Shown here one piece after another: positions 1-9,549 of a DNA stretch of 31,859 bases. The number at the start of each line of letters is the position of its first letter. The stretch's first letter is position 1. The position numbers were made by a program, and so were the translations under genes. The notes below the pieces were generated by a model. That model had not been told where the DNA came from. It saw nothing but the letters and a program-made list of their open reading frames with translations, and did no database searches. The stretch is from Abditibacteriaceae bacterium (GTDB lineage Bacteria > Armatimonadota > Abditibacteriia > Abditibacteriales > Abditibacteriaceae): the NCBI GenBank assembly GCA_031372065.1, contig JANMKN010000225.1, forward strand, positions 1-31,859. Direction: 5' to 3'.

Positions 1-1
1 C

Positions 2-163
2 GAGCCGCAACTGCTGTGGGGCCAGGCCGACGCCCGCATCCGCAACATCACTTTCGAGAACCTCACCCTCGCCGGGAAGCCGGTGCGCGACGCGGCGTTT
101 TTCAAAACCAACGAGTTCGTTGACGGGATTAACTTTTCGCCAAGCGCCGTTTCCAAGCCCTGA
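2..163 (+). CDS. 3' end of a gene truncated by the window edge, probably a beta-helix glycoside hydrolase (GH28/polygalacturonase-like C-terminus)
   Basis: Frame 2 is open from the window edge to TGA at 161-163: EPQLLWGQADARIRNITFENLTLAGKPVRDAAFFKTNEFVDGINF. The I.NITFENL..GK....F.TNEFV pattern resembles C-termini of pectin-lyase-fold hydrolases. Codon usage is strongly C/G-ending. Confidence 0.6.
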   Translation, partial: EPQLLWGQADARIRNITFENLTLAGKPVRDAAFFKTNEFVDGINFSPSAVSKP

Positions 164-198
164 AGGCGGCAACAAACTTGGGTTAAGTAGAACAAAAC

Positions 199-2583
199 AT
201 GAAACACATCCTTATCCTCACCACTTTGTTGCTCGCACCTCTGAACGCTTTGCACGGTGCTGAAATCCATGTCGGCATCAATGGAAGTGACGATGGCCCC
301 GGCACCAGGAATCAGCCTTTCGCTACGCTCACGCGCGCTCGCGATGCGGTGCGTGAATTGAAAAGGCAGCGGATGACCGATGGGCCGATTGACGTGGTGA
401 TTCATGGTGGCACGTATTTCCTGCCGGAGACAATCTTGTTGTCGTCGGCAGATTCGGGAACGGAGAAGGCTCCAGTTATCTATCGGGCGGCTGACGGCGA
501 ACGCGTCGTCCTCAGCGGTGGGCGGCGGATCAAGGGGCCGTGGAAGAAACATGAAGGCGCGATCTGGAGTGCGGAGTTGCCGGGGTCGGATCACGATTGG
601 AATTTTCGTCAGCTTTTCGTGAACGGGCGGCGGGAAATCCGCGCTCGGTTTCCAAACGTTGATGCAACGCCGCCGCATCTCTTCGGTGGCGGAGGAAAAA
701 AGGATTCGATCACGGTCACGCCGGGGGCCATCAAGACGGCCTGGGGCACAGCGCGCGACGCGCAGGTTCATGTCGTTCCGGAATGGCGGTTCTTCAACCA
801 GATTCAGACGATCGCCAGCGTGGACGCCGCACGGTCGCTCATCGGTCTTGGCCCTGAAGAACAGCACGCGCGCATCACGGACGGATCATGGTTTCACATC
901 GAGGGCGTGCGCGAGGAATTGGATCAGGTGCGCGAGTGGTTTTTTGACGCGAATGCGCGGCGAGTTTTCTACTGGCCGGAAGACGGCCACGATCCCAACC
1001 AACTGGAAGTCGTCGCGCCACGGCTTAACCGAATCTTCCATTTTCGAGGCGATGTCAACGCAGGCACGCGCGTGGAACATGTGGTCCTGCGCGGGCTGGA
1101 GTTTCGTCACACGACTTACACCCTCGACCATATCGAGGCGCGGGTGAACACCGACGCAGCGGTGGTGCTGGAGAACGCTTCACATTGCCGAATCGAACAG
1201 TGCCGGTTCGAGAACATCGGCGGCTACGGTGTGTGGCTGCACCTGGACTCGTGCGAGAATTCGATCGATGGCAACACGATCACCGATGCCGGTGGCGGCG
1301 GCGTGCTGCTGACCTCTGCGCGCTTCAGTTACATGGACGATTCAAAGCTGTTCACGCCGGGCGCGGCAGCGGCGAAGGTCGCGCCGCTGCGGAATCAGAT
1401 CACGCGGAATCACATTCACCACTGCGGAAGAATCCGTTACTATAACAGCGGCGTTCATCTCGACTCGCGGCCCGCCGAAACGGCGCTGGCCGCCGGCAAT
1501 CGGATCGCGAACAACTTCATCCACGATATGCCGCGAAACGGCATCTTCGCGTTCCGCAATCAGGGCGGGAACATCATCGAATACAATCGCATCGAGAACA
1601 TCATGCTCGCGACCGAGGACGGTGGCGGAATTCACTTCGCGACGATGAACCAGCTCGCCGCGCCGAATCGGATCGCCAACAACCTTGTCGCCGATGTCTG
1701 GGGCTGGCGGCAACTTCCCGGCGGCGGACGCGAACGCCATATCGCACGCGGCATCTACCTCGACTGGTTCACTGCCTCGACGCGCGTCGAGAATAACATC
1801 ATCTTCAACACGCTTACCGGTGGACTGCAGTTCAACGCAGGCGACAACAACGAGTTCGTGAACAACATCATTGTCGGCGACACGACGCGCTGGAACACCA
1901 ACTGGAAGGGCGCGAACGCGCGGGGAACGGTTGACGAGCGAAACCTTGTCGTGAAATCGAAGGACAGTCCCTCGCCGCTGCGCGATCCGTCGCGTGGCGA
2001 TTTCACGCTCGCGAAGGACTACGCAAACTATCCCGGCGGATTTGCATGGATTGACGTGAGCCAGATGGGAACTGGCGGCACCGCGAGAAGCAACGCCACG
2101 CTTTCCATCATGGCACGCGAGGGCGACGTATTGAATTGGGATTCGCCGCAAGGCGTGGAAATCTGCGGCCCGTGGGAGAAAAAGACTGAGGCAGGAATGT
2201 GGGGCCTATACAACTTTAACTACCTGCTGGCGGAGCCGAAGACCGACGCCACATTGACATTCACGCTTCTGGTTCGTGAGGCAGGCCTTTACGCCGTCCG
2301 CCTGAATTTCCCGGCGCACGCCAAACGCGCCTCGAATGTTCGCGTCGTTGTGGAACACGCCGGCGGAACATCCATCGAACATGTAAACCAGCGCTCGTTT
2401 GGGTTTGGACCGCTTCTCGGCTCCTACGATTTCGTCCCCGGCAAACCGGCGCGTGTGACCATCAGCGCCGCGCAGGCCGACGGTCGCGTCGTCATCGAAG
2501 GAATCGGCTTTGCGCGAGCTTCTGATTCTTCAAAGCGTCAGGCTCCATCCGCAGGCGCAGACCGATCTGCTGATTTCCGGTGA
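199..2583 (+). CDS. Secreted right-handed parallel beta-helix protein (GH141-like) with C-terminal golvesin/xanthan-lyase-CBM-like beta-sandwich
   Basis: Signal peptide MKHILILTTLLLAPLNALHG. N-terminal G.D..PGT..QPFATL.RARDAVR, V.IHGGTY.L, RQLFVNG.R..RARFPN and ELD...EWFFD motifs. PbH1 repeats (ENASHCRIEQCRFENIGG, NRIANNFIHD, NIIEYNRIEN). C-terminal AGLYAVRLNFPAHAKRASNV.V.V.HAGG...VNQR...LG.Y.F. Confidence 0.8.
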   Translation: MKHILILTTLLLAPLNALHGAEIHVGINGSDDGPGTRNQPFATLTRARDAVRELKRQRMTDGPIDVVIHGGTYFLPETILLSSADSGTEKAPVIYRAADGERVVLSGGRRIKGPWKKHEGAIWSAELPGSDHDWNFRQLFVNGRREIRARFPNVDATPPHLFGGGGKKDSITVTPGAIKTAWGTARDAQVHVVPEWRFFNQIQTIASVDAARSLIGLGPEEQHARITDGSWFHIEGVREELDQVREWFFDANARRVFYWPEDGHDPNQLEVVAPRLNRIFHFRGDVNAGTRVEHVVLRGLEFRHTTYTLDHIEARVNTDAAVVLENASHCRIEQCRFENIGGYGVWLHLDSCENSIDGNTITDAGGGGVLLTSARFSYMDDSKLFTPGAAAAKVAPLRNQITRNHIHHCGRIRYYNSGVHLDSRPAETALAAGNRIANNFIHDMPRNGIFAFRNQGGNIIEYNRIENIMLATEDGGGIHFATMNQLAAPNRIANNLVADVWGWRQLPGGGRERHIARGIYLDWFTASTRVENNIIFNTLTGGLQFNAGDNNEFVNNIIVGDTTRWNTNWKGANARGTVDERNLVVKSKDSPSPLRDPSRGDFTLAKDYANYPGGFAWIDVSQMGTGGTARSNATLSIMAREGDVLNWDSPQGVEICGPWEKKTEAGMWGLYNFNYLLAEPKTDATLTFTLLVREAGLYAVRLNFPAHAKRASNVRVVVEHAGGTSIEHVNQRSFGFGPLLGSYDFVPGKPARVTISAAQADGRVVIEGIGFARASDSSKRQAPSAGADRSADFR

Positions 2584-2870
2584 CCGGAGCCTTTCTCTGA
2601 CTGGAACTGACGAATCAAATGAAGATGAAAAGAACACCCATCAGCCATATAGCACTGGCACCCATCGGCGCGTGCGTGTGCCACATCATGGCTGCGAGCT
2701 TAGTGTCAATGGGAAGAAACTGGCTTCCGGAATCAGTCTGTTAAGCCGGAACGTAATCTTCAAAATGACTGGTTTAATACTGTAGTGGCTGGGGCAGTAG
2801 AACCGAACAAATACCAAACATAAACCTGATAACGACACCAGCAGAATATGGCATCGTGCCCCATCGCTGA

Positions 2871-2910
2871 TGCAAAGCCTGAAAAACTGGTTCGAATCCG
2901 GCTCGGATCT
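2871..2910 (+). pseudogene. 3' half of tRNA-Cys(GCA), candidate att-site remnant
   Basis: TGCAAA (anticodon loop, GCA) GCCTG (3' anticodon stem) AAAA (4-nt variable loop) ACTGG TTCGAAT CCGGC (T arm) TCGGATC (3' acceptor strand) T (U73 discriminator typical of tRNA-Cys). No matching 5' half upstream. Confidence 0.6.
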
Positions 2911-3108
2911 AACTCATTTACGCTTTCGGCGATGTAGCTGCCTTCTCCCCAAGTCTTATTAGCTCTCCTAACGGGGCTAACCTCCTGCAGTAGTTCTATT
3001 TTTCACCTGTCTGTATTAACGGGGAGTTCCAACCGATGTTTGCGCCAAAAACGGCGGCGCGAAGTGGGGAATTTGGGTTTCATTATGAGTTTTTTGCGGT
3101 TGTCCATT

Positions 3109-4566
3109 TCACGCGATGATTTCTTCGATGGGTTTACCGTGGTCTATTTCGAGGCGTTTGCGTCCGGGGATTTCGAGTTTGCGCGAATCGAGGCCGAGTT
3201 GATGAAGGATCGTGGCATGGATGTCGGTGACGTAGTGGCGATTTTCCGTGGCGTGGAATCCGATTTCATCGGTGGCGCCATGGACAACGCCGCGTTTTAA
3301 TCCGCCGCCAGCCATCCAGACGCTAAAGCCAAAAATGTGATGGTCGCGTCCGTCGGAACCCTGCGAACCCGGTGTGCGGCCAAACTCGGTGGCGAAAACT
3401 ACGAGCGTTTCGTCGAGGAGGCCACGACGTTCAAGGTCTTCCAGCAGAGCGCCGATAGGTTGATCTACGGCGAGCGCGTTTTTTTCGTGGTTGGCCTTGA
3501 GGCCGCTGTGCGCGTCCCATGCGCCGGCCCCGCCGCCGCCGTGCTGAATCTGAATAAAGCGAACGCCGCGTTCAACCAAGCGCCGCGAAGCCAGCAGTTG
3601 CATGGCGAATTCGCGGCAGTGCGGCTGGTCAATGCCGTAAAGCGCTTTGGTCTCCGCCGTCTCTTTTGAAAAATCTAAGACTTCAGGGATGGAGCGCTGC
3701 ATACGAAAGGCCAGTTCATACGACGCGATGCGGGCAGCCATCGCGGGGTCTTGCGGATATTCGACGCCACGGAGCGCGTTGAGCTGTTGAATCAGGTCTT
3801 TGCCGAGGTTTTGCGCTTCTGCGGACAGGGGCCGTTCCGGCTTGCCGAAATCAAGCGGGTTGTCAGGGTCTATACGCAGCGGCACTGCATCGTGTGCGGG
3901 ACCGAGATAATGCCCGTCTCGCTTGTTCCAGTATTCGCGCGTGCCCATGGAAATGAACTGCGGCAGGTTGTCGTTGAGGCTGCCAAGGCCGTAGTGCACC
4001 CAGGCGCCGAGCGTCGGGAACTCGCCGTCGAGCATGTTGCGCCCGGAGTGAAACTGCGTTTGCGCGCCGTGATTGCTGTCAGTCGTCCACATCGAGCGCA
4101 CCACAGCCAGATTGTCCGCGTTACGAGCGATGTGCGGAAACCAATCGCTGATTTCGATGCCGCTCTGGCCGTGCTTTTGAAAGGCTGCTTGTAACGGATA
4201 AAGTGTGTTGCGCTGGTTGCCGTTGGCGTCGGGGACCACCAGCCGTTCGAGCGCGAGTTTCTTGGGGTCTTGCGTGTCCTTGAACGGCGTTTCCGCAATC
4301 GTCTTGCCCGCGTATTGGGTGAGCATGGGCTTGGGGTCGAAACTCTCCATATGACTGACCCCACCGTTCATAAAAAGCCAGATAACGTTTTTTGCTTTGG
4401 GCGCAAAATGGGGACGACCCGTCGGAGGCGTCCACACAGCACTGCTGGCGTGGGCGTCGCGCTGGAGCATGGCACCTAAGACAATTCCCATAAATCCCAT
4501 GCCCATATCGGCGAGGAAGGTGCGGCGCGTGAGCGTATGGATTAGCGGGTTAGGAGGCGTTTTCAT
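3109..4566 (-). CDS. DUF1501 family protein (Tat-exported, sulfatase/alkaline-phosphatase-like fold)
   Basis: Tat motif LTRRTFL. Family motifs [86 protein letters not shown]. Confidence 0.93.
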   Translation of the reverse strand: MKTPPNPLIHTLTRRTFLADMGMGFMGIVLGAMLQRDAHASSAVWTPPTGRPHFAPKAKNVIWLFMNGGVSHMESFDPKPMLTQYAGKTIAETPFKDTQDPKKLALERLVVPDANGNQRNTLYPLQAAFQKHGQSGIEISDWFPHIARNADNLAVVRSMWTTDSNHGAQTQFHSGRNMLDGEFPTLGAWVHYGLGSLNDNLPQFISMGTREYWNKRDGHYLGPAHDAVPLRIDPDNPLDFGKPERPLSAEAQNLGKDLIQQLNALRGVEYPQDPAMAARIASYELAFRMQRSIPEVLDFSKETAETKALYGIDQPHCREFAMQLLASRRLVERGVRFIQIQHGGGGAGAWDAHSGLKANHEKNALAVDQPIGALLEDLERRGLLDETLVVFATEFGRTPGSQGSDGRDHHIFGFSVWMAGGGLKRGVVHGATDEIGFHATENRHYVTDIHATILHQLGLDSRKLEIPGRKRLEIDHGKPIEEIIA

Positions 4567-4578
4567 AAGCGTTTTGTT

Positions 4579-7269
4579 TTAGCGGAGCGTGACGAAGTCG
4601 TTGTGGTTGAGCAGCGCCCATACGAGATTGGCTCGCGCCTGTTCGGGAGTCGTGTCGGGAAGTTTGCGCCAGGCCTCCAAGGTTTTGACACAGGCAGCGG
4701 TTTCCGCTTCGGATGGTCGGGTGCCGAGCACGCCCAAAAACGCTTGGCGGACAAACCCGGCATCATCGTTGGGCGCCAGCGTTGCACCGAAACGCGCCGC
4801 GATGCGTTTGGCAGCATCGAGAACAAGGCGACTGTTGGAAAGTGCAAGCGCCTGCTGCGGCACAATGCTCTGATCGCGCCGGTAGCATTCTTTGACGCTG
4901 GCTTCGTCAAAAGTCGTGAGAAATAGGTTGCGCTCGTTGTTGGAATGAAAGAAATAAAGGCTGCGCCGCTTGGAGTCGGATTGATTAGCAAGTGGCACAC
5001 TTGGCCCGCCCAGAGTGGGATCGAGTTCCTCAGCAAGCGCCAAAATACAATCCCGCACCGCTTGCGATTCGATACGCACGGATGCGCGTCGCCACCAGTG
5101 CCGGTTGTCGGGTTCTTTGGCCAGATTGGCTTGCCCGCCTGCGGCGGACGAACTCAGGCGATAGGTCGCCGATGTAACGATAAGCCGATGCAGGTGCTTC
5201 ATGCTCCAACCGTTTTTAATCAACTCGGACGCCAACCAATCAATCAGTTCCGGGTTGGCCGGTTCCGGGTTCTTGCGGCCAAACTCAAACGTATCGGGAA
5301 CCAGTGGCGTGCCCATGTGCCGCGACCAGAGATGATTGACGGCAACACGCGCCGTGAGGGGATTGCGAGGGTCTGTTATCCAGTCGGCCAGCGCGGCGCG
5401 GCGCCCGCTGCTTTGAGGCCCAAATTTAATGGCCGGGTCGTCGTTGTCTGACGACACAAAGCGCGTTGGACTCCACTTTGCGCCCTCAAAAGGCGTGAAA
5501 GCATCGGCATCGCTGACCGTTGCGGCAGCGGTGTTGCGGGCTTTGTCCAGCGCCTCGCGGGCGGTTTTTAGCTCCTTCTCACACGCGTCCTTTTGGTCTT
5601 TGGCAGCGCTGGACAAACGCAGCTCCGCATGGGTCATGGCGAGAAGAGCTTTGGCCACAACCACCTCACGCTCAACTTGAACAGCGGCTTTGACTTGCTC
5701 TCGCTGGTCATTGGCTCCGGCCCACTTCGCGCTCATCGCGGCGCTGCGTTTTTTCAAGCTCACGAGTTCAGCGTTAGCCACCGCCAGCGAGAGTTCGGCG
5801 AGGTTTACTTCGCCCTTTGCGGCGGAGACAGCAGCAGTGACAGCGGCGGCGAGGTCGGTGGTTTCAGTCTCGCGTTTTTGGGCTGATGCCAGTTTTTCCT
5901 TGGCGGTTGCAAGGCTGCTGGCGGCGCCTTCCACTTTTTGCCGAGCCGCCGCGAGTAAGGCATCAAGCACCCACGGGCGACGCTCAGGCTGCCAGGCTGC
6001 CAGAGGAAGCGAAACAGGTTGGATATCTAACGTCTTGAACGCAAATATCGCTGGAACACCCGGCGAGATGACCACCGATTTGTCGGGATTTCTCTCGTCG
6101 CCGCGCACGAAACGATAGGTCGGCGTGTCGAGCTGACCATCGAAGGCGCGCGGAATCCCATCGCGCGACAGGTCGCTCTCGCCGGCTACCATATCCATCC
6201 GCACCTGATACGGCTCAAAAAAAGCGCGCATCTTGTAGTAATCGGTCTGCGCAATAGGATCGTATTTATGGTCGTGGCATCGGGCGCAGTTCATCGTGAT
6301 ACCAAGAAAACCCTTGCTCACATGCTCAACCGTTTCCTCCATCCACTGATGACGATTGAAAAGGAACCAGTTTCTCGATAGGAATCCAGTGGCGCGGAGT
6401 TTCTGGAGATCGTTGGGATACAACTCGTCTGCGGCTAACATCTCTCGCACCATCTCATCGTAGGGCACGTCACTGTTGAGCGACTCCATAATCCAATCGC
6501 GCCAATGCCACATATGTTTCTGGCTGTTGCGCATTTGATCGCCAAGGCCCCACCAGTCGCTGTAACGCCAGATGTCCATCCAGTGCCGCGCCCAGCGCTC
6601 GCCGTGGCGCTTATCATCGAGCAGGCGCTTCACGACCTTGTCATACCAGTCGGGAGAAGTGTCGTTTTCAAACGCAGTGATGTCAGCGGGAGCTGGCGGC
6701 AAACCGATGAGATCGATGTAAAGCCGGCGCAACAACACGGAGCGCGGGGCTTGGGGCTGTGGGGTCAGGCCGCGTTCCTTGTGTTGCTTGGCCACGAAGG
6801 CATCAATGGGATTTCGCACCCATTGCGAATTTATCACCGGCACGGACGGGCGCAGTCGCGGACGAAAAGCCCAGTGTTCCTTCGGGTCGGTTTCAGCCTT
6901 CTCACCTGCCATCGCCGGTGCCCCGGCGGCAATCCATTCGCGCAGCAACGTCACCTGCTCCGCCGTCAGCGGCTCGCCTTCGTGCTGCGGCGGCATCCGT
7001 TCCGCAATATCCGGGTTGATTACTCGCTCGACAAGCAGGCTTTTTTCCGGCTTCCCTCGCTCAATTACCGCGCCGGACTGCCCGCCTTTGAGCATCAACT
7101 CGACGGTGTCCAGACGCAGCTTGCCCTTTTGCTTGAGCGCGCCGTGGCACGCGTAACACCGGTCATGAAGAAGCGGCTTGATGCTCTTGCCATAGTCCAC
7201 CGCAGCGAGAAGCGGAGCTGTCACGGGGAGGAATACAAAAACAAAAGAAGCGACGGACAGTGTTTTCAT
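4579..7269 (-). CDS. Planctomycete cytochrome c (PSCyt1) + DUF1549 + DUF1553 protein with central coiled-coil insert
   Basis: Start reassigned to ATG 7269 (MKTLSVASFVFVFLPVTAPLLAA, signal peptide). CYACH, HWAF, NPIDAF, GERWARHWMD, CARCHDHKYDPI, NPLTARVAVNHLW, RRSLY, VPQQALAL, LLNHNDF. Confidence 0.92.
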   Translation of the reverse strand: MKTLSVASFVFVFLPVTAPLLAAVDYGKSIKPLLHDRCYACHGALKQKGKLRLDTVELMLKGGQSGAVIERGKPEKSLLVERVINPDIAERMPPQHEGEPLTAEQVTLLREWIAAGAPAMAGEKAETDPKEHWAFRPRLRPSVPVINSQWVRNPIDAFVAKQHKERGLTPQPQAPRSVLLRRLYIDLIGLPPAPADITAFENDTSPDWYDKVVKRLLDDKRHGERWARHWMDIWRYSDWWGLGDQMRNSQKHMWHWRDWIMESLNSDVPYDEMVREMLAADELYPNDLQKLRATGFLSRNWFLFNRHQWMEETVEHVSKGFLGITMNCARCHDHKYDPIAQTDYYKMRAFFEPYQVRMDMVAGESDLSRDGIPRAFDGQLDTPTYRFVRGDERNPDKSVVISPGVPAIFAFKTLDIQPVSLPLAAWQPERRPWVLDALLAAARQKVEGAASSLATAKEKLASAQKRETETTDLAAAVTAAVSAAKGEVNLAELSLAVANAELVSLKKRSAAMSAKWAGANDQREQVKAAVQVEREVVVAKALLAMTHAELRLSSAAKDQKDACEKELKTAREALDKARNTAAATVSDADAFTPFEGAKWSPTRFVSSDNDDPAIKFGPQSSGRRAALADWITDPRNPLTARVAVNHLWSRHMGTPLVPDTFEFGRKNPEPANPELIDWLASELIKNGWSMKHLHRLIVTSATYRLSSSAAGGQANLAKEPDNRHWWRRASVRIESQAVRDCILALAEELDPTLGGPSVPLANQSDSKRRSLYFFHSNNERNLFLTTFDEASVKECYRRDQSIVPQQALALSNSRLVLDAAKRIAARFGATLAPNDDAGFVRQAFLGVLGTRPSEAETAACVKTLEAWRKLPDTTPEQARANLVWALLNHNDFVTLR

Positions 7270-7277
7270 GGGGGCAC

Positions 7278-9524
7278 TCAATGATTGAACGCGAATTCGG
7301 TGGAGTTCAGCAGCGCCCAAAAAATGTCTTCGTAAATCTGCGGGTTTTTCACATCGGTGCCGATGAGTGCGCGCAGGTCGCGGCTTTCTTTATCGGTGGG
7401 GCGGCGGCAAAGCGCGCGGATGAAAAGCTCTTCGAGCACCGCTTCGGGCGCGGCCTGTTCATCAAGCAGCGCCTTGATTTTGCCGCCGGCGGCGAGGCGC
7501 GCGTTGACGGTGTCGCCCACGGAAAGGTGCAGCGTCTGCGAGATGGTCGGCGTGGATTTCGTTTCGTTGGCGCAGATGGTGCCGCGACTGGAACGGCCAA
7601 AAGTCTTGAAGAAATCCTCGCCGTAGTAAGGGCCTTCGGTGTCGCCGCTGTTGCGCGGGTAATAGTCAATGGCGCGCGTGCCTTCGGGGAAGCCGCTAAA
7701 GTTCCGGCTGACACCGGTGACGGCCACGATGGTGTCGCTGAACACATCGGCACGCAGGTGGCGCAAATACGAACGCGAGAATTGGCGCGCGTCGCGTTTG
7801 TTGGTTTCGTTGGGCCGCGAACTCAATTGATAAGTGCGCGAAGTGCAGATGTCGCGCACCAGCGAATGCAAATCAAAGTGCGACTGCACCAGATGTTTTG
7901 AAAGCGCATCCAGCAGCGGCTCGTTGGCGGGCGGGTTGGTCACACGCACATCATCCACGGGATGAATAATGCCACGCCCCATCATCTGTGCCCAAATGCG
8001 GTTGGCGAGGTTGCGGCTAAACAAAGCGTTGTCGGGCGAGGTCAGCCACGAAGCCAACGCGCGGCGCGGGTCGCCCTCGGCTTTGACCGCTTCGATGGCG
8101 CCCAGCACTTTGGCGCGCACCGGGCGGTCGTCGCGCAGGTGCGTGGCGAACGGCGCCGCAGGGTCGAAAAAGATGCGGGTTTCGCGCGGCTCCACACCGG
8201 GTTTGCGTTTGACTCCGGTGAAAAAACTGGCGAACCCATAGTAATCGTCCATGTTCCAGCGGTCGAAGGGATGGTCGTGGCACTCGGCGCACTGAAGCTG
8301 CACACCGAGGAAGGACTGAGAAAAATCCGACGCGAACGCTTTGGGCGTTAGCCTTGGGCTGTGCACCATCATGGTGTAGAGATTGGCCGGGCCGTTGGTG
8401 AGATTGCTGCCCGAAGCCGTCACCATTTCGGAGACAAACTCGTTGAGAGGGCGGCGCATTCGCATCTGGCGCCTGATCCATTCATAGAAGGCGTCGGCGG
8501 CTTTGACGTGCGTGGCATCGGGCGCGTAGTTGCCGCCCATCACGCGCAGTTGTTCGGCCCAAAGCGTTGTCCACAGGTCGGCAAAGGCATCGTTGTTGAG
8601 CAGCTCGTCTATTTTCAGGTTGCGCTTGTCGGCGCGGCCATCGGAGAGGAAAGCGCGGTATTCTTCGGGCGAAGGCGGATGCCCGTTGAGGTCGAGCGTG
8701 ACGCGCCGCAAAAACGTTTCGTCGTCGCACAACTCCGAAGGCGCGATGTGGAGTTTTTGGAGGCGGTCGAAGACATTTTCATCAATGTAGTTGAACGGTT
8801 TGGGGTTGGGCCAGACGAAGTTATCGCCGCGCGGCAGCACGATGACGCTGGCACCCGAAGAAAAACGGTTAAAACGCGCAAAAACATCGGTGTCGCCGGG
8901 GCCGCCAGTGGTGATGTGGCCGTTTTCGTCAATGGCGGCGACGCTGACATTGTTGGAATTAAAGCGCGCCAGTGACGTGACATCACGTTTGGTGCCGTCA
9001 CTGATGAGGGCTATCACGCGCAACGCGTCCCTGCCTTCTCCGCCATCAAAAACGAAGCGGTCTTTGAGCAGTTCGATGCCCACGGTGTCGGGCACGCCGA
9101 CGGCATCGTCGGGCGCTCCGGCGGCAATCCAGCGCCGCAGAATATCGTAGTATTCGCTTTTGTCGTCAAACAACTTGCCGCCGGTGTGCGCCACGGCGCC
9201 GATGGCTTTGCGTAGCAGCAGACTTTGCTCTGGCACGGCGGTGTTTACGCGACGCTCCGGCATATCGTTGACGATGCGATAGTAATCGCCCACCGGGTCG
9301 TAGCCAAACAGCGACAGCATGAAACCGTCTTTGCCGCGCGCAGCACCGTGACAACTGCCCGCATTGCAGCCCGAACGGAAAAACACCGGCATCACATCTC
9401 CGCGAAAACTCGGCACCGCCGCAGCGCGGTCAGCGGCGTGTGCCGCAGGCGCAACGGCAAAACCAAGCAGCATCAACGCGAAGCGACGCGGGAAGGGCAG
9501 ACGGATTTTGGGGAGGTGATTCAT
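7278..9524 (-). CDS. DUF1549/DUF1553 protein with Big_2-like Ig domain and N-terminal CX4CH motif
   Basis: Start reassigned to ATG 9524 (MNHLPKIRLPFPRRFALMLLGFAVAPAAHA). SFRGDVMPVF..SGCNAGSCHG..RGKDGF.LSLFGYD, Ig segment DGTKRDVT.LARFNSNN.SVAAIDENG, NYIDE...RL, FLRRVTLDL, QCAECHDHPFDRW, FWALLNSTEFAFNH. Confidence 0.9.
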   Translation of the reverse strand: MNHLPKIRLPFPRRFALMLLGFAVAPAAHAADRAAAVPSFRGDVMPVFFRSGCNAGSCHGAARGKDGFMLSLFGYDPVGDYYRIVNDMPERRVNTAVPEQSLLLRKAIGAVAHTGGKLFDDKSEYYDILRRWIAAGAPDDAVGVPDTVGIELLKDRFVFDGGEGRDALRVIALISDGTKRDVTSLARFNSNNVSVAAIDENGHITTGGPGDTDVFARFNRFSSGASVIVLPRGDNFVWPNPKPFNYIDENVFDRLQKLHIAPSELCDDETFLRRVTLDLNGHPPSPEEYRAFLSDGRADKRNLKIDELLNNDAFADLWTTLWAEQLRVMGGNYAPDATHVKAADAFYEWIRRQMRMRRPLNEFVSEMVTASGSNLTNGPANLYTMMVHSPRLTPKAFASDFSQSFLGVQLQCAECHDHPFDRWNMDDYYGFASFFTGVKRKPGVEPRETRIFFDPAAPFATHLRDDRPVRAKVLGAIEAVKAEGDPRRALASWLTSPDNALFSRNLANRIWAQMMGRGIIHPVDDVRVTNPPANEPLLDALSKHLVQSHFDLHSLVRDICTSRTYQLSSRPNETNKRDARQFSRSYLRHLRADVFSDTIVAVTGVSRNFSGFPEGTRAIDYYPRNSGDTEGPYYGEDFFKTFGRSSRGTICANETKSTPTISQTLHLSVGDTVNARLAAGGKIKALLDEQAAPEAVLEELFIRALCRRPTDKESRDLRALIGTDVKNPQIYEDIFWALLNSTEFAFNH

Positions 9525-9549
9525 GGAGACCTTGCTCACTGCCTTGGGA

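Noticed and set aside
2840..2913. Intact tRNA-Cys gene
   Set aside because: No 5' acceptor strand (GATCCGA expected), no D-arm and no 5' anticodon stem upstream of 2871.
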